DNA from: Chlamydiota bacterium
Lineage (GTDB): Bacteria > Chlamydiota > Chlamydiia > Chlamydiales > 2-12-FULL-49-11
Assembly (NCBI GenBank): GCA_947478685.1
Contig: CANJWO010000001.1
Span: forward strand, 32,092-96,091
Direction of reading: 5' to 3'
DNA: 64,000 nt
A program made the translations under genes and the position numbers. Positions 1 through 8,079 of the stretch are shown here, in pieces. Position 1 is the first letter of the stretch. Every line of letters begins with the position of its first letter. The notes under the pieces are model-generated. The model saw only the letters and a list, made by a program, of their open reading frames with translations. It was not told the origin of the DNA and made no database searches.

Positions 1-518
1 TGGACTTTTTTTCCAACGCCATGTCCGAGATTGTGCTTTCTAAACTCAAAAACTCCCTTTTCTTTAAAAAATTGATCGACTCTTGTCCCAATATCTCCAA
101 AATCGACGCCCGGCTTGCACATTTCTAATGCCAACCTATGAGCCTCTTTTACAATCGTTTCAAATTTCATGTCGCCTTCACTATCAAAAAAAAAGGATCG
201 AGTCACATCACTTGCATAACCATTTAGCATCAGGCCTACATCAAGAGTGACAGCATCCCCCTTTTTTAATTTACGGCCTGTCACTTTGTGATGAGGCGTT
301 GCCGTATGATCACCAAAGCCTACAATTGGATCAAAAGCAGGACCTGTCGATCCCCTTTCATGAATATATTGGAGATATGCATCAGAAATTTCTTTTTCAG
401 AAACCCCTTCTCGAAGAGATCCGCGTATGTATTGTAACGCCTCCGAATTCAACTTTGCACTTTCTTTAAGTGCAGCTATTTCAGCATCATTTTTTACCAA
501 AAAACTCTTCCCTGTCAA
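1..518 (-). CDS. M24 family metallopeptidase (Xaa-Pro aminopeptidase/prolidase-like catalytic domain); 3' part runs off the window
   Basis: Own minus-strand translation gives ..VKNDAEIAALKESAKLNSEALQYIRGSL..FDPIVGFGDHTATPHH..GDAVTLDVGLMLNGYASDVTRSFFF..HNLGHGVGKKVH, the pita-bread metal-ligand pattern. The frame opens only at 530 (TGA at 531-533). The only starts are TTG at 518 and 500. Absent from the ORF track because it is edge-truncated. Confidence 0.75.
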   Translation of the reverse strand, partial: MTGKSFLVKNDAEIAALKESAKLNSEALQYIRGSLREGVSEKEISDAYLQYIHERGSTGPAFDPIVGFGDHTATPHHKVTGRKLKKGDAVTLDVGLMLNGYASDVTRSFFFDSEGDMKFETIVKEAHRLALEMCKPGVDFGDIGTRVDQFFKEKGVFEFRKHNLGHGVGKKV

Positions 519-2187
519 AGCTTGCCATGATCAATTTGCCATTTGGAGCATAGAACGGTTCATCCATTTTAAGCGCTTCTAATAAAAGGTATTTGAGGTC
601 TTGCTTGCTCAGTATTTTTGGAGGGCTAAAATTGACCACAATTTTTATAACGCTCTCTAGGCTAAATTCTTTATGAAACTCTATAAGTAGCAGATCGATC
701 ACTTTTCGGACCTTATCAAGTGAATAGAGGGGGGATAGCGCCTCAATCATAAATGTCTCTTTGCCAAACGGTCTAATCCCAATTCCTATTTTATTTAAGA
801 GGTCTTCATGCTTGATAATAACCTCTTCATCATTTTTAGAAACCTTAAGTACTTCAGGAAAAAGAAGCTGCTCCATCTCACCACCCTTTCCCTCTTTCAG
901 CCGCCCTAAGATCCTTTGAAATTGGACTTTGCTGTTCAACTTTGCCATGTCGACAAAAACAAGTCTCTCTTCGGAAAAAAAAGGGGGAGGAATTTTCACT
1001 ATTGCAACATCTTCAAAAAACCCAATTACTTCTATCTCTTCTTGAATTAATCGCTCTTTATCTAGTTCAAACGAGGGCTGATACTCAACTGTAGTCTCTA
1101 CAAAACAAGGAGCAGGAGCTGGCTCTGGCATCTCAAATCTTGGTAGAATAATTTTTTTAGCCTCCACATAAAAACTCTCCTCAATTGCAGTTTTTACGAA
1201 GTGGTGCATTTTTTCCTCTTCGCAAAAACGGACAAAAATCTTTTGGGGATGGACATTGACATCAAGCATATCTGGAGGGACCTCCATCCAAAGGACAAAT
1301 ACCGGATAGTCCTTACTCCCAATTCTTGTCCCAAATCCGCTCTGAATTGCCCTCTCAACTAAATGAGAGACAACAGGACGCTTATTAATTAAAAGATACT
1401 CTTGAAGGCGATTTGATCTCACATTCAGAGGGGATCCAATCACACCTCGAATCTTATACCCCTCTTTTTCCCAGAAAATCTCTTTTGTATCGGTTAAAAA
1501 CTCTTTTCCTAAAACCTCTTCTATCCTCTTCTCACTTTTCTGAGAGGTCGATATAAGTTCTTTGCCATTTGAGTTGAGAGTAAAAGAGACTTCTCTGTGT
1601 GCTAGCGAGACTCTGATTAACATTTTTACTATATCTGCCGTTGACTGTGATGCCGATTTTTGAAACTTCTTTCTTGCAGGGACATTATAAAAAAGATCGG
1701 AGACTCTAATTGTGGTCCCCGGAGTTCTTGAGAAAGGGTCAGCCCTTAAAATCTTCCCCCCATTACAAATCACCTTAGTCCCAATTGTTCCCTGTTCTGC
1801 CGTCTCAAGTTCCAGCTTAGAGACAGCCCCAATTGAAGCTAACGCCTCTCCTCGAAATCCCATACTAACAAGGCTTGATAGATCGATAAATTGTGAAATC
1901 TTTGATGTCGCATGCCTTTCAAAACAGAGGATAGCATCATCTCTCCCCATCCCACAGCCATCGTCAATCACCTGAATGAAGAGGTGTCCCCCTCCATGCA
2001 CATCGACTTGAATTTTACTCGATCCTGCATCGAGTGAATTTTCAATAAGTTCCTTAATCAGAGAGGCCGGATTTTCAATGATCTCCCCTGCTGCAATCTG
2101 ATTGATCACGGAGTCAGATAATACTCTTATTTTTGCTGGCACTAAATAACTTCTTTGGTTAGATTGCTTATACTGAGAGTAATTCAA
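487..2187 (-). CDS. mutL: DNA mismatch repair protein MutL
   Basis: GHKL ATPase motifs VINQIAAGEIIENPASLIKELIENSLDAG, DDGCGM and GFRGEAL; 566 aa. The track start is TTG at 2187. GTG at 2142 (giving PAKIRVLSDSV..) fits the usual MutL N-terminus better. Confidence 0.93.
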   Translation of the reverse strand: MNYSQYKQSNQRSYLVPAKIRVLSDSVINQIAAGEIIENPASLIKELIENSLDAGSSKIQVDVHGGGHLFIQVIDDGCGMGRDDAILCFERHATSKISQFIDLSSLVSMGFRGEALASIGAVSKLELETAEQGTIGTKVICNGGKILRADPFSRTPGTTIRVSDLFYNVPARKKFQKSASQSTADIVKMLIRVSLAHREVSFTLNSNGKELISTSQKSEKRIEEVLGKEFLTDTKEIFWEKEGYKIRGVIGSPLNVRSNRLQEYLLINKRPVVSHLVERAIQSGFGTRIGSKDYPVFVLWMEVPPDMLDVNVHPQKIFVRFCEEEKMHHFVKTAIEESFYVEAKKIILPRFEMPEPAPAPCFVETTVEYQPSFELDKERLIQEEIEVIGFFEDVAIVKIPPPFFSEERLVFVDMAKLNSKVQFQRILGRLKEGKGGEMEQLLFPEVLKVSKNDEEVIIKHEDLLNKIGIGIRPFGKETFMIEALSPLYSLDKVRKVIDLLLIEFHKEFSLESVIKIVVNFSPPKILSKQDLKYLLLEALKMDEPFYAPNGKLIMASFDREEFFGKK

Positions 2188-2211
2188 AAATGGGGAATTT
2201 TCAAGTCAAAA

Positions 2212-2299
2212 CCCCCCAGATTTAAATTAAGCGAAGCTGATGCCGAGCCCGAGTGCTATTTGCACTAGATAAGGGCGAGGCAAATTTAAAGACGGGGAT
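2212..2299. repeat. Intergenic palindromic element, copy A (homologous to 57672-57756)
   Basis: Identical to copy B at 69 of 83 aligned positions with one gap. Ends are CCCC..AGATTTAAA and TTTAAAGA..GGGG; the core is GC-rich. Lies in the mutL/pepF divergent spacer. Confidence 0.7.
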
Positions 2300-2343
2300 T
2301 TATGACGAAGAAAAAACCAATTTTTGATTTACGAGCAGTATAG

Positions 2344-4068
2344 ATGGAATATAAACAAACATGGAATCTCGATCAAGTTCTTCATGGATCGGGCTCATCT
2401 TATGAGAAAATTGAAGTAAAACTAGACGCTCTTCTCGACCGTATTAAAAAACTCCCTCTCACCCTTCCCGAAATTTTTTCCCCATTCCAAAAACTTTTAG
2501 AAGAGATCCATGAAGCGGGATCACTTATCGCATGCCTTACCTCTACAGACATTTCTGATACAAGAGCAACAAAAGCAGAGGCACAATATCACTCAATATC
2601 AGCAACCTTCGAAGGGGCCTCACAAAAAATTGACGCCCTCCTCTTAGCGCTGACTGATAAAGAATTTGATGAACTCTTAAAAAAAGAGGGTGCTATTGCG
2701 TTCTCTTTAATGGAAAGTCGAAGGCTTGCTAAAGAAAAGATGTCCTTAGAAAAAGAGCTCCTAGTAACTGAGCTATCTACTTCCGGACATTCTGCCTATA
2801 CAACTCTCTACTACTCTTTTATGGGAAATCTCACCTTTCCACTTGGCGACAAAGTCTTAAATTTAAGTAAGTTAGAAAAACTCTTTTCTCATGCTGATCG
2901 ATCCATCCGTAAGGAGGCCTTTGAAAGCATGGAGACCGAGCTCTCCAAGCATGAAGCTATATTTGCCCAAATTCTCAACAATATTGTCGATTTTCGCCTC
3001 ACCCTTTACAAAGAGAGAAAATGGGATAGCTACCTTCATGAGACACTTGCAAATAATAGAATTGATGAAAAAACGCTTACAACTATGTGGGATGTAGTCT
3101 CTAAGAACAAGGCCCCCCTTGTTAAATACTTGAAGCACAAAGCAAAACTTTTAGGACTTAAAAAACTCTCCTGGTGCGATATTGATGCCCCTCTCGGCTC
3201 TTTAGAGGAATCTAAAATCCCATGGGAAGCAGGTTGCAAAAACATCATTGAACAATTTAGAAAAGTCTCCCCAAAAATGGCCGCTTTTGCAGAAAAAGCC
3301 TTAAAAGAGGGCTGGGTCCACGCTCAACCTGGCGATAAGAAAAGAGCTGGTGGATTTTGTACAGGAGTCCCCCTTTTAAAAGAGTCTCGCATTCAAATGA
3401 CCTATACAGATACATTTGACAGCCAAAGCACTCTTGCTCACGAACTTGGTCACGCATTTCACTCCCATGTCCTCTACGACAAACCTCCACTTTTACAAAG
3501 CTACCCAATGAACATTGCAGAAGCAGCATCGACGATGTGTGAAATGATCGTTGCCGATAGCGCCCTTAAAGCTGCAACATCACCAAAGCAAAAACTCCTC
3601 CTCCTCGATGACAAAATCACAAGCTACCTCGCTTTCAACATGAACATCCATAGCAGATTTCTATTTGAGTCAAGTTTCCACGAAAAGCGAAAAGAGGGTT
3701 ACATCACTCCCGACCAAATTAATGAATTAATGGTTGAAGCTCAAAAGAATAGCTATGCAAATAGTTTAGAGAGCTACCTCCCCCACTTCTGGGCCTACAA
3801 AATGCACTTCTACTTCACAGATGCCACATTTTATAACTGGCCCTACACCTTCGGCTATCTTTTCAGCCTAGGGACCTACAACATATTGCTTAATGATGAC
3901 TTTGAAAACAGATACATTTCCCTACTTAAAGATAGCGGCAGCATGAACATCGAAGATCTTGCAAAAAAACACCTCGGCGTCGATCTCCACGAGCCCGATT
4001 TCTGGCAAGGGGCTATCGATCTCCTCAATGCTAATATTGAAGAATTTATTAAAATTCCATCTTTATGA
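2344..4068 (+). CDS. pepF: Oligoendopeptidase F (M3B metallopeptidase)
   Basis: 574 aa. Zinc motif HELGHAFH with a downstream EAAS glutamate. Overall length and layout are typical of PepF. Confidence 0.85.
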   Translation: MEYKQTWNLDQVLHGSGSSYEKIEVKLDALLDRIKKLPLTLPEIFSPFQKLLEEIHEAGSLIACLTSTDISDTRATKAEAQYHSISATFEGASQKIDALLLALTDKEFDELLKKEGAIAFSLMESRRLAKEKMSLEKELLVTELSTSGHSAYTTLYYSFMGNLTFPLGDKVLNLSKLEKLFSHADRSIRKEAFESMETELSKHEAIFAQILNNIVDFRLTLYKERKWDSYLHETLANNRIDEKTLTTMWDVVSKNKAPLVKYLKHKAKLLGLKKLSWCDIDAPLGSLEESKIPWEAGCKNIIEQFRKVSPKMAAFAEKALKEGWVHAQPGDKKRAGGFCTGVPLLKESRIQMTYTDTFDSQSTLAHELGHAFHSHVLYDKPPLLQSYPMNIAEAASTMCEMIVADSALKAATSPKQKLLLLDDKITSYLAFNMNIHSRFLFESSFHEKRKEGYITPDQINELMVEAQKNSYANSLESYLPHFWAYKMHFYFTDATFYNWPYTFGYLFSLGTYNILLNDDFENRYISLLKDSGSMNIEDLAKKHLGVDLHEPDFWQGAIDLLNANIEEFIKIPSL

Positions 4069-4231
4069 TGAACTTTGGATTGATTTTGATGATTCTCTCA
4101 TCAGCAAAAAAATCGATAAATAACCCCTCAAAAAGTTCGAGCTTGGCTACGAATTGATCGCGCAAGTTGTTTGTTTCGAAAAACTTACTATATTGACTTC
4201 CGTCGGCTAATGTTATTTTTATTTTTTGCAT
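4049..4231 (-). CDS. Hypothetical small protein (60 aa), possibly spurious
   Basis: ORF only. It has a convergent 20-nt overlap with the pepF 3' end. No motif or Shine-Dalgarno sequence recognised. Confidence 0.3.
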   Translation of the reverse strand: MQKIKITLADGSQYSKFFETNNLRDQFVAKLELFEGLFIDFFADERIIKINPKFIIKMEF

Positions 4232-4326
4232 ATTATTATTTCTTTTTTGTTTATTTTTCCTAATTCTATCATATCTCTACATAAAAACTTGAAATTGGTT
4301 ATAATTTCCGTTATGGTGAAAAACGT

Positions 4327-5163
4327 ATGAAGATTATATCTACATTACTGACATTAGCTGCTCTTGGTTATGGAGGGTATTGGGTAAATACCAACCATCC
4401 TGAATTAAAGGGGCGCGTCCTCGATTATATCAATAATGGGAGCTTCCACACATTGGAGGCAAGATTTACCGCTCAACAGATCATGGAGATGAATCGAAAG
4501 ATCCTCCTTAAAGATGACAGGCATAAGTTTCTAGAGCCGACTATGAAATTTTCACCCTATCTTTTGATGGAGGTGAAATATACGAATTTTGAAAATCAGA
4601 CGGGCGAAGGTCTTATTTTATGGGATCTTCTCGATGGTGAAATGGTCCTTAATACCAATCATTGGGAAAAGACCCACGGTTTTGCTGACTGCATCAATGC
4701 CTATGTTGAGAAAAATGAATTTAGAGTGATTAAGGCTTTAGCAGAAAGAGGGGGAACCCTTGACCGCGAGACAATATTAAAAGCGCTTCATGTTGAAAAT
4801 GATATCCTGGGAAATTGGTTAGAGTCGTGTAGACGAAAAAAGATCGTCGTCCAATCGGGCTCACAATACCGTCTCCACCTTCAAAAACCAAGACTTGCTG
4901 TCAAACCAGAGACATTTGTTGATGACAGATTGGTGACAAAATCTTGCAACTCTTCAGAGAGACTATCCAAAAGATTTTCACATACACAAATAAGACGAAT
5001 CACAGAGGCCGCCTTCGGACAAGACTTCGCTGTCCGCAGCACTCTCGCCGTCTACCTTCCGATCTACTGTATCACCATCGAAAATCCCGATGGCTCAGTC
5101 CACACATCCTACTGGAACGCCCTCAATGGGCGCCCAATTCCTTTTACTGCTCTACTTGAATAG
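4327..5163 (+). CDS. Hypothetical membrane-anchored protein
   Basis: 278 aa with an N-terminal hydrophobic anchor IISTLLTLAALGYGGYW. A central EFRVIKALAERGGTLDRETILKAL segment is weakly winged-helix-like. No family recognised. Confidence 0.65.
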   Translation: MKIISTLLTLAALGYGGYWVNTNHPELKGRVLDYINNGSFHTLEARFTAQQIMEMNRKILLKDDRHKFLEPTMKFSPYLLMEVKYTNFENQTGEGLILWDLLDGEMVLNTNHWEKTHGFADCINAYVEKNEFRVIKALAERGGTLDRETILKALHVENDILGNWLESCRRKKIVVQSGSQYRLHLQKPRLAVKPETFVDDRLVTKSCNSSERLSKRFSHTQIRRITEAAFGQDFAVRSTLAVYLPIYCITIENPDGSVHTSYWNALNGRPIPFTALLE

Positions 5164-5176
5164 TTCTTTTACTTTT

Positions 5177-5617
5177 CTAGACCCTACATTTCTTAAGAAC
5201 GGGCTCTTTCGTCTTAGCAACCTGATAATATAAACCATCCTCCTTCAACACAATGCGATAACCTTTTTTTGGAGCTGGATACGACTTAAATCCAACCTCG
5301 TCAAGAGCAAGCTCCCCCATTTCACTCATTCCCCCGCATAACAAAGCCAAATCTCTATCTTCTTTACTTCCAACAACTATAGAGTATGATCGTGGTCGCA
5401 TTAACAAGCTTGATGGTGAGCCACTTAATAGAGATGGTAATGGTGGCATTGTTACCTCCCTCTCTAATCTTACAGATCTCTCAACTACATTGCTATCCGC
5501 TCTTGGGCATGATTCTGCATTAGATGTTACTTCATCAACTATTTCTTCTAGTTGAAGGGCAGGAGCCCCTAGTAATAATTGATCCCAAAGTGGTAAAGAT
5601 GAACTTAGCGGTTCCAT
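5177..5617 (-). CDS. Hypothetical protein
   Basis: The track ORF is 5177..5695. I prefer the internal ATG at 5617 because GGGAG lies 5 nt upstream on the minus strand. The long form would end 21 nt from tRNA-Ser. Confidence 0.5.
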   Translation of the reverse strand: MEPLSSSLPLWDQLLLGAPALQLEEIVDEVTSNAESCPRADSNVVERSVRLEREVTMPPLPSLLSGSPSSLLMRPRSYSIVVGSKEDRDLALLCGGMSEMGELALDEVGFKSYPAPKKGYRIVLKEDGLYYQVAKTKEPVLKKCRV

Positions 5618-5715
5618 ATTTTCTCCCTTTTTATATGAATGTGGCGGAGAAGTTATCACAACTAAGGTTTTCATTGAAGAGAAATGGCCATTCATTTTAC
5701 AATAGCTGCTTTACT

Positions 5716-5805
5716 GGAAAGATGGCTGAGTGGCTGAAGGCACATCCCTGCTAAGGATGCATACTCTATTAACGGGTATCGAGGGTTCAAATCCCTCTCT
5801 TTCCG
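5716..5805 (+). tRNA. tRNA-Ser (anticodon GCU)
   Basis: Hand-folded cloverleaf. Acceptor GGAAAGA/TCTTTCC, anticodon stem CATCC/GGATG with loop CTGCTAA. Long variable arm, T-arm GAGGG-TTCAAAT-CCCTC, discriminator G. Confidence 0.9.
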
Positions 5806-5832
5806 AATAAGACCCCCCTTGAGAACCTTCGT

Positions 5833-7269
5833 ATGGTAGAAAAGAGCATATACGCAACGCCTCCCAATTCCAAAGAATCGGAAATGATGGTACTCGGCTG
5901 CATGTTAACTAGCTCAAATTCTTTATCTATTGGCTCTGATGGACTTGAAGATTCTGACTTTTACCATTCTGAACATCAAATCGTATTTAAAGGGCTAAAA
6001 CAGGCCTTTTCACAAGAGAAGCCGGCCGATGTCCACCTGATTGCAGAAGAGCTTAAACGGATTGGCAAACTCGATCTAATTGGGGGAATCGCTTATCTTA
6101 CGACTCTTGTTCAATATGCAGGAACCTCTGCTTACGTCGAAGAGTATGTCGAGATCATACGGAAGAAATCGGTCCTAAGACAGATGATTGAATCCTCTAA
6201 GGTGATTGAGAAAAAGGCTCTAGAAGAACCCGATGATGTCTATTCCTGCCTCGATGAAGCCCAATCCTATTTCTTTCGAATCAGCCAGAAGGCAAACCCC
6301 TCTCTCGGCGTCCATCTAAAAGAGCTCCTTTCAGGAATGAAAGGGGAGACTAAGATGCCCTATCTGAAAGATCTCCAATTAAAACAGGAAGCTTACCATA
6401 CAAGAGACCCAAATGAACCGATCGTTACAGGCCTTCCTTCCGGATTTACCGATCTCGACAAACTGATAAACGGCTTCAATAAAGCAAACTTAATCATATT
6501 AGCCGCAAGACCTTCAATGGGGAAAACAGCTCTTGCTGTCAATATTGCAGAGTACCTTGTTTTCGAAAGAAACCTCGCTGTAGGTATATTCTCTCTAGAA
6601 ATGACCGCAGATGAGCTCCTTCACCGAATGATTTGCTCTCTCTCAGAAGTCGAATCGGAACGGATCAAAACCGGCTCTCTCGACGGCATGGAATATCAAA
6701 GAGTTGTCGAAACAGTCGGACGGATGCAGACTCAGACGCTGATCATTGATGATCAGCCAGGCCTTAAAATCACCGACCTCAGAGCCAGAGCAAGACGTCT
6801 AAAAGAGGTCTTTGACATCCAATTCCTCGTAATTGACTATCTACAGCTGCTTTCAGGGTCTAAAGGCCATTTTAGCGTCGATAACAGACAGAATGAGATC
6901 TCCGAGATCTCCCGAATGCTGAAAAACCTAGCTAGAGAGCTGATGATTCCAATTCTGTGCCTCTCCCAGCTTTCTCGAAAGGTAGAAGACAGAGCCGGCC
7001 ACAGACCGATGTTAAGTGACCTTCGCGAATCTGGCTCCATTGAGCAAGATGCCGACATCGTAATGTTTGTATTTAGAAGAGAGTACTACAACTCTAACGA
7101 CAAACCGGGCCTTGCCGAAATCGTCGTTGCGAAGAACCGTCACGGCGGCGTTGGCGATGTAGAACTCGCCTTCCGCAAGAAATTTGCCAAATTCAGCAAC
7201 TATACAAGAGACAGTTCCTCATCCGACAAAGAGTCCGAAGACGCCTTCTCAGCCTTCACCCCTAGATAG
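5833..7269 (+). CDS. dnaB: Replicative DNA helicase DnaB
   Basis: 478 aa. Walker A AARPSMGKTALAVNIA, plus LVIDYLQLL and SQLSR..E.R motifs. No intein-sized insertion. Confidence 0.95.
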   Translation: MVEKSIYATPPNSKESEMMVLGCMLTSSNSLSIGSDGLEDSDFYHSEHQIVFKGLKQAFSQEKPADVHLIAEELKRIGKLDLIGGIAYLTTLVQYAGTSAYVEEYVEIIRKKSVLRQMIESSKVIEKKALEEPDDVYSCLDEAQSYFFRISQKANPSLGVHLKELLSGMKGETKMPYLKDLQLKQEAYHTRDPNEPIVTGLPSGFTDLDKLINGFNKANLIILAARPSMGKTALAVNIAEYLVFERNLAVGIFSLEMTADELLHRMICSLSEVESERIKTGSLDGMEYQRVVETVGRMQTQTLIIDDQPGLKITDLRARARRLKEVFDIQFLVIDYLQLLSGSKGHFSVDNRQNEISEISRMLKNLARELMIPILCLSQLSRKVEDRAGHRPMLSDLRESGSIEQDADIVMFVFRREYYNSNDKPGLAEIVVAKNRHGGVGDVELAFRKKFAKFSNYTRDSSSSDKESEDAFSAFTPR

Positions 7270-7795
7270 CTTTACTTTTTATACAATCAGCAACCTTAGA
7301 CGCGCCAATAGAGACGACAGCGTTAAGAACACTCCAGCCCCTTGCTAAAAGCGGCCCTACAATTGGGACTATTTTAAAGACCCCTCTAATAAATAACCTT
7401 ATCAATTGAGCTAAATCCCCAACGCTATCTGTAAGATCTTTCCACGAGCGACGATAAATTGAGAGGCCAAGGCCAGAAAGAATTACAAATGGAGTGGAAA
7501 TGAACAAAGTAGCCCTTACAACACTTAATGTCAACGCTCTTAATGGCTTAACCACCAATATCTTAAGAAGCTTTTTTGGCTTATATATTTTTTTAAGCTC
7601 ATCTATTGGATTTTTACTAGACCCAACACGTTCCATTAATTTAACAATTTTAACTCTATCCCCTTCAGGAGCGGTTCTATCTATCAAGTGATGTTTTTCG
7701 AATAAACTATCAGCCCTCTCTTGATCACCAACACGAGTACTAATAGCAGAATAGACACTTTTCATCGATTGAACGCAATCTGTTACTAAACTCAT
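7262..7795 (-). CDS. Hypothetical membrane protein (Inc-like hydrophobic segments)
   Basis: 177 aa with two hydrophobic stretches (LTLSVVRATLFISTPFVILSGLGLSIY; IVPIVGPLLARGWSVLNAVVSIGA). Convergent 8-nt overlap with dnaB. Confidence 0.55.
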   Translation of the reverse strand: MSLVTDCVQSMKSVYSAISTRVGDQERADSLFEKHHLIDRTAPEGDRVKIVKLMERVGSSKNPIDELKKIYKPKKLLKILVVKPLRALTLSVVRATLFISTPFVILSGLGLSIYRRSWKDLTDSVGDLAQLIRLFIRGVFKIVPIVGPLLARGWSVLNAVVSIGASKVADCIKSKAI

Positions 7796-7929
7796 AATAA
7801 ACCACCATTTTTGATTACTTATGCAACCATATTATAATTAGAATATTTAAAAAACAATCATTAAATTTTTTTTATAACCTAATTATAGATAAGCAAGTGC
7901 ATTAAAAAATATATTTTAATATGATGGCA

Positions 7930-7959
7930 TTGACTTTAAGGGGCGATATTGAGTATACT
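7930..7959 (+). promoter_or_regulatory. Sigma-70/66-like promoter candidate
   Basis: TTGACT (7930-7935), an 18-nt spacer, then TATACT (7954-7959). It lies about 25 nt upstream of the small basic ORF and mnmG. Confidence 0.4.
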
Positions 7960-7982
7960 AGCCCCTGTATTTGAGAGGTATT

Positions 7983-8063
7983 CATGTCATCTGTAAAGAA
8001 AAAAAGAAAAATCAAAATGAATAAGCACAAACGTAAAAAAAGAAGTCGTGCGAATCGCCATAA
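7983..8063 (+). CDS. Tiny Lys/Arg-rich protein (26 aa as written), bS22/mS38-like; not in ORF track
   Basis: ATG at 7983 with GAGAGG 4 nt upstream gives MSSVKKKRKIKMNKHKRKKKKSCESP*. An A8 run lies at 8034-8041. The alternative frame after the run reads ..RKKRSRANRHKKS* and ends at 8073. Confidence 0.5.
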
Positions 8064-8079
8064 GAAGTCTTAAGGCTAA

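Noticed and set aside
2250-2268. GAGTGCTATTTGCACTAG in repeat copy A resembles CIRCE half-sites (TTAGCACTC-N9-GAGTGCTAA)
   Set aside because: The half-sites are in the wrong order with no 9-nt spacer. Copy B has diverged here (GAGTACTATTTACCTAGG), and no heat-shock gene is adjacent.
7796-7982. AT-rich spacer upstream of mnmG (gidA) as a possible replication origin
   Set aside because: I could not find TTATCCACA-like DnaA boxes or an AT-rich 13-mer array. dnaA and dnaN are not nearby. A promoter-like TTGACT/TATACT pair explains the region.
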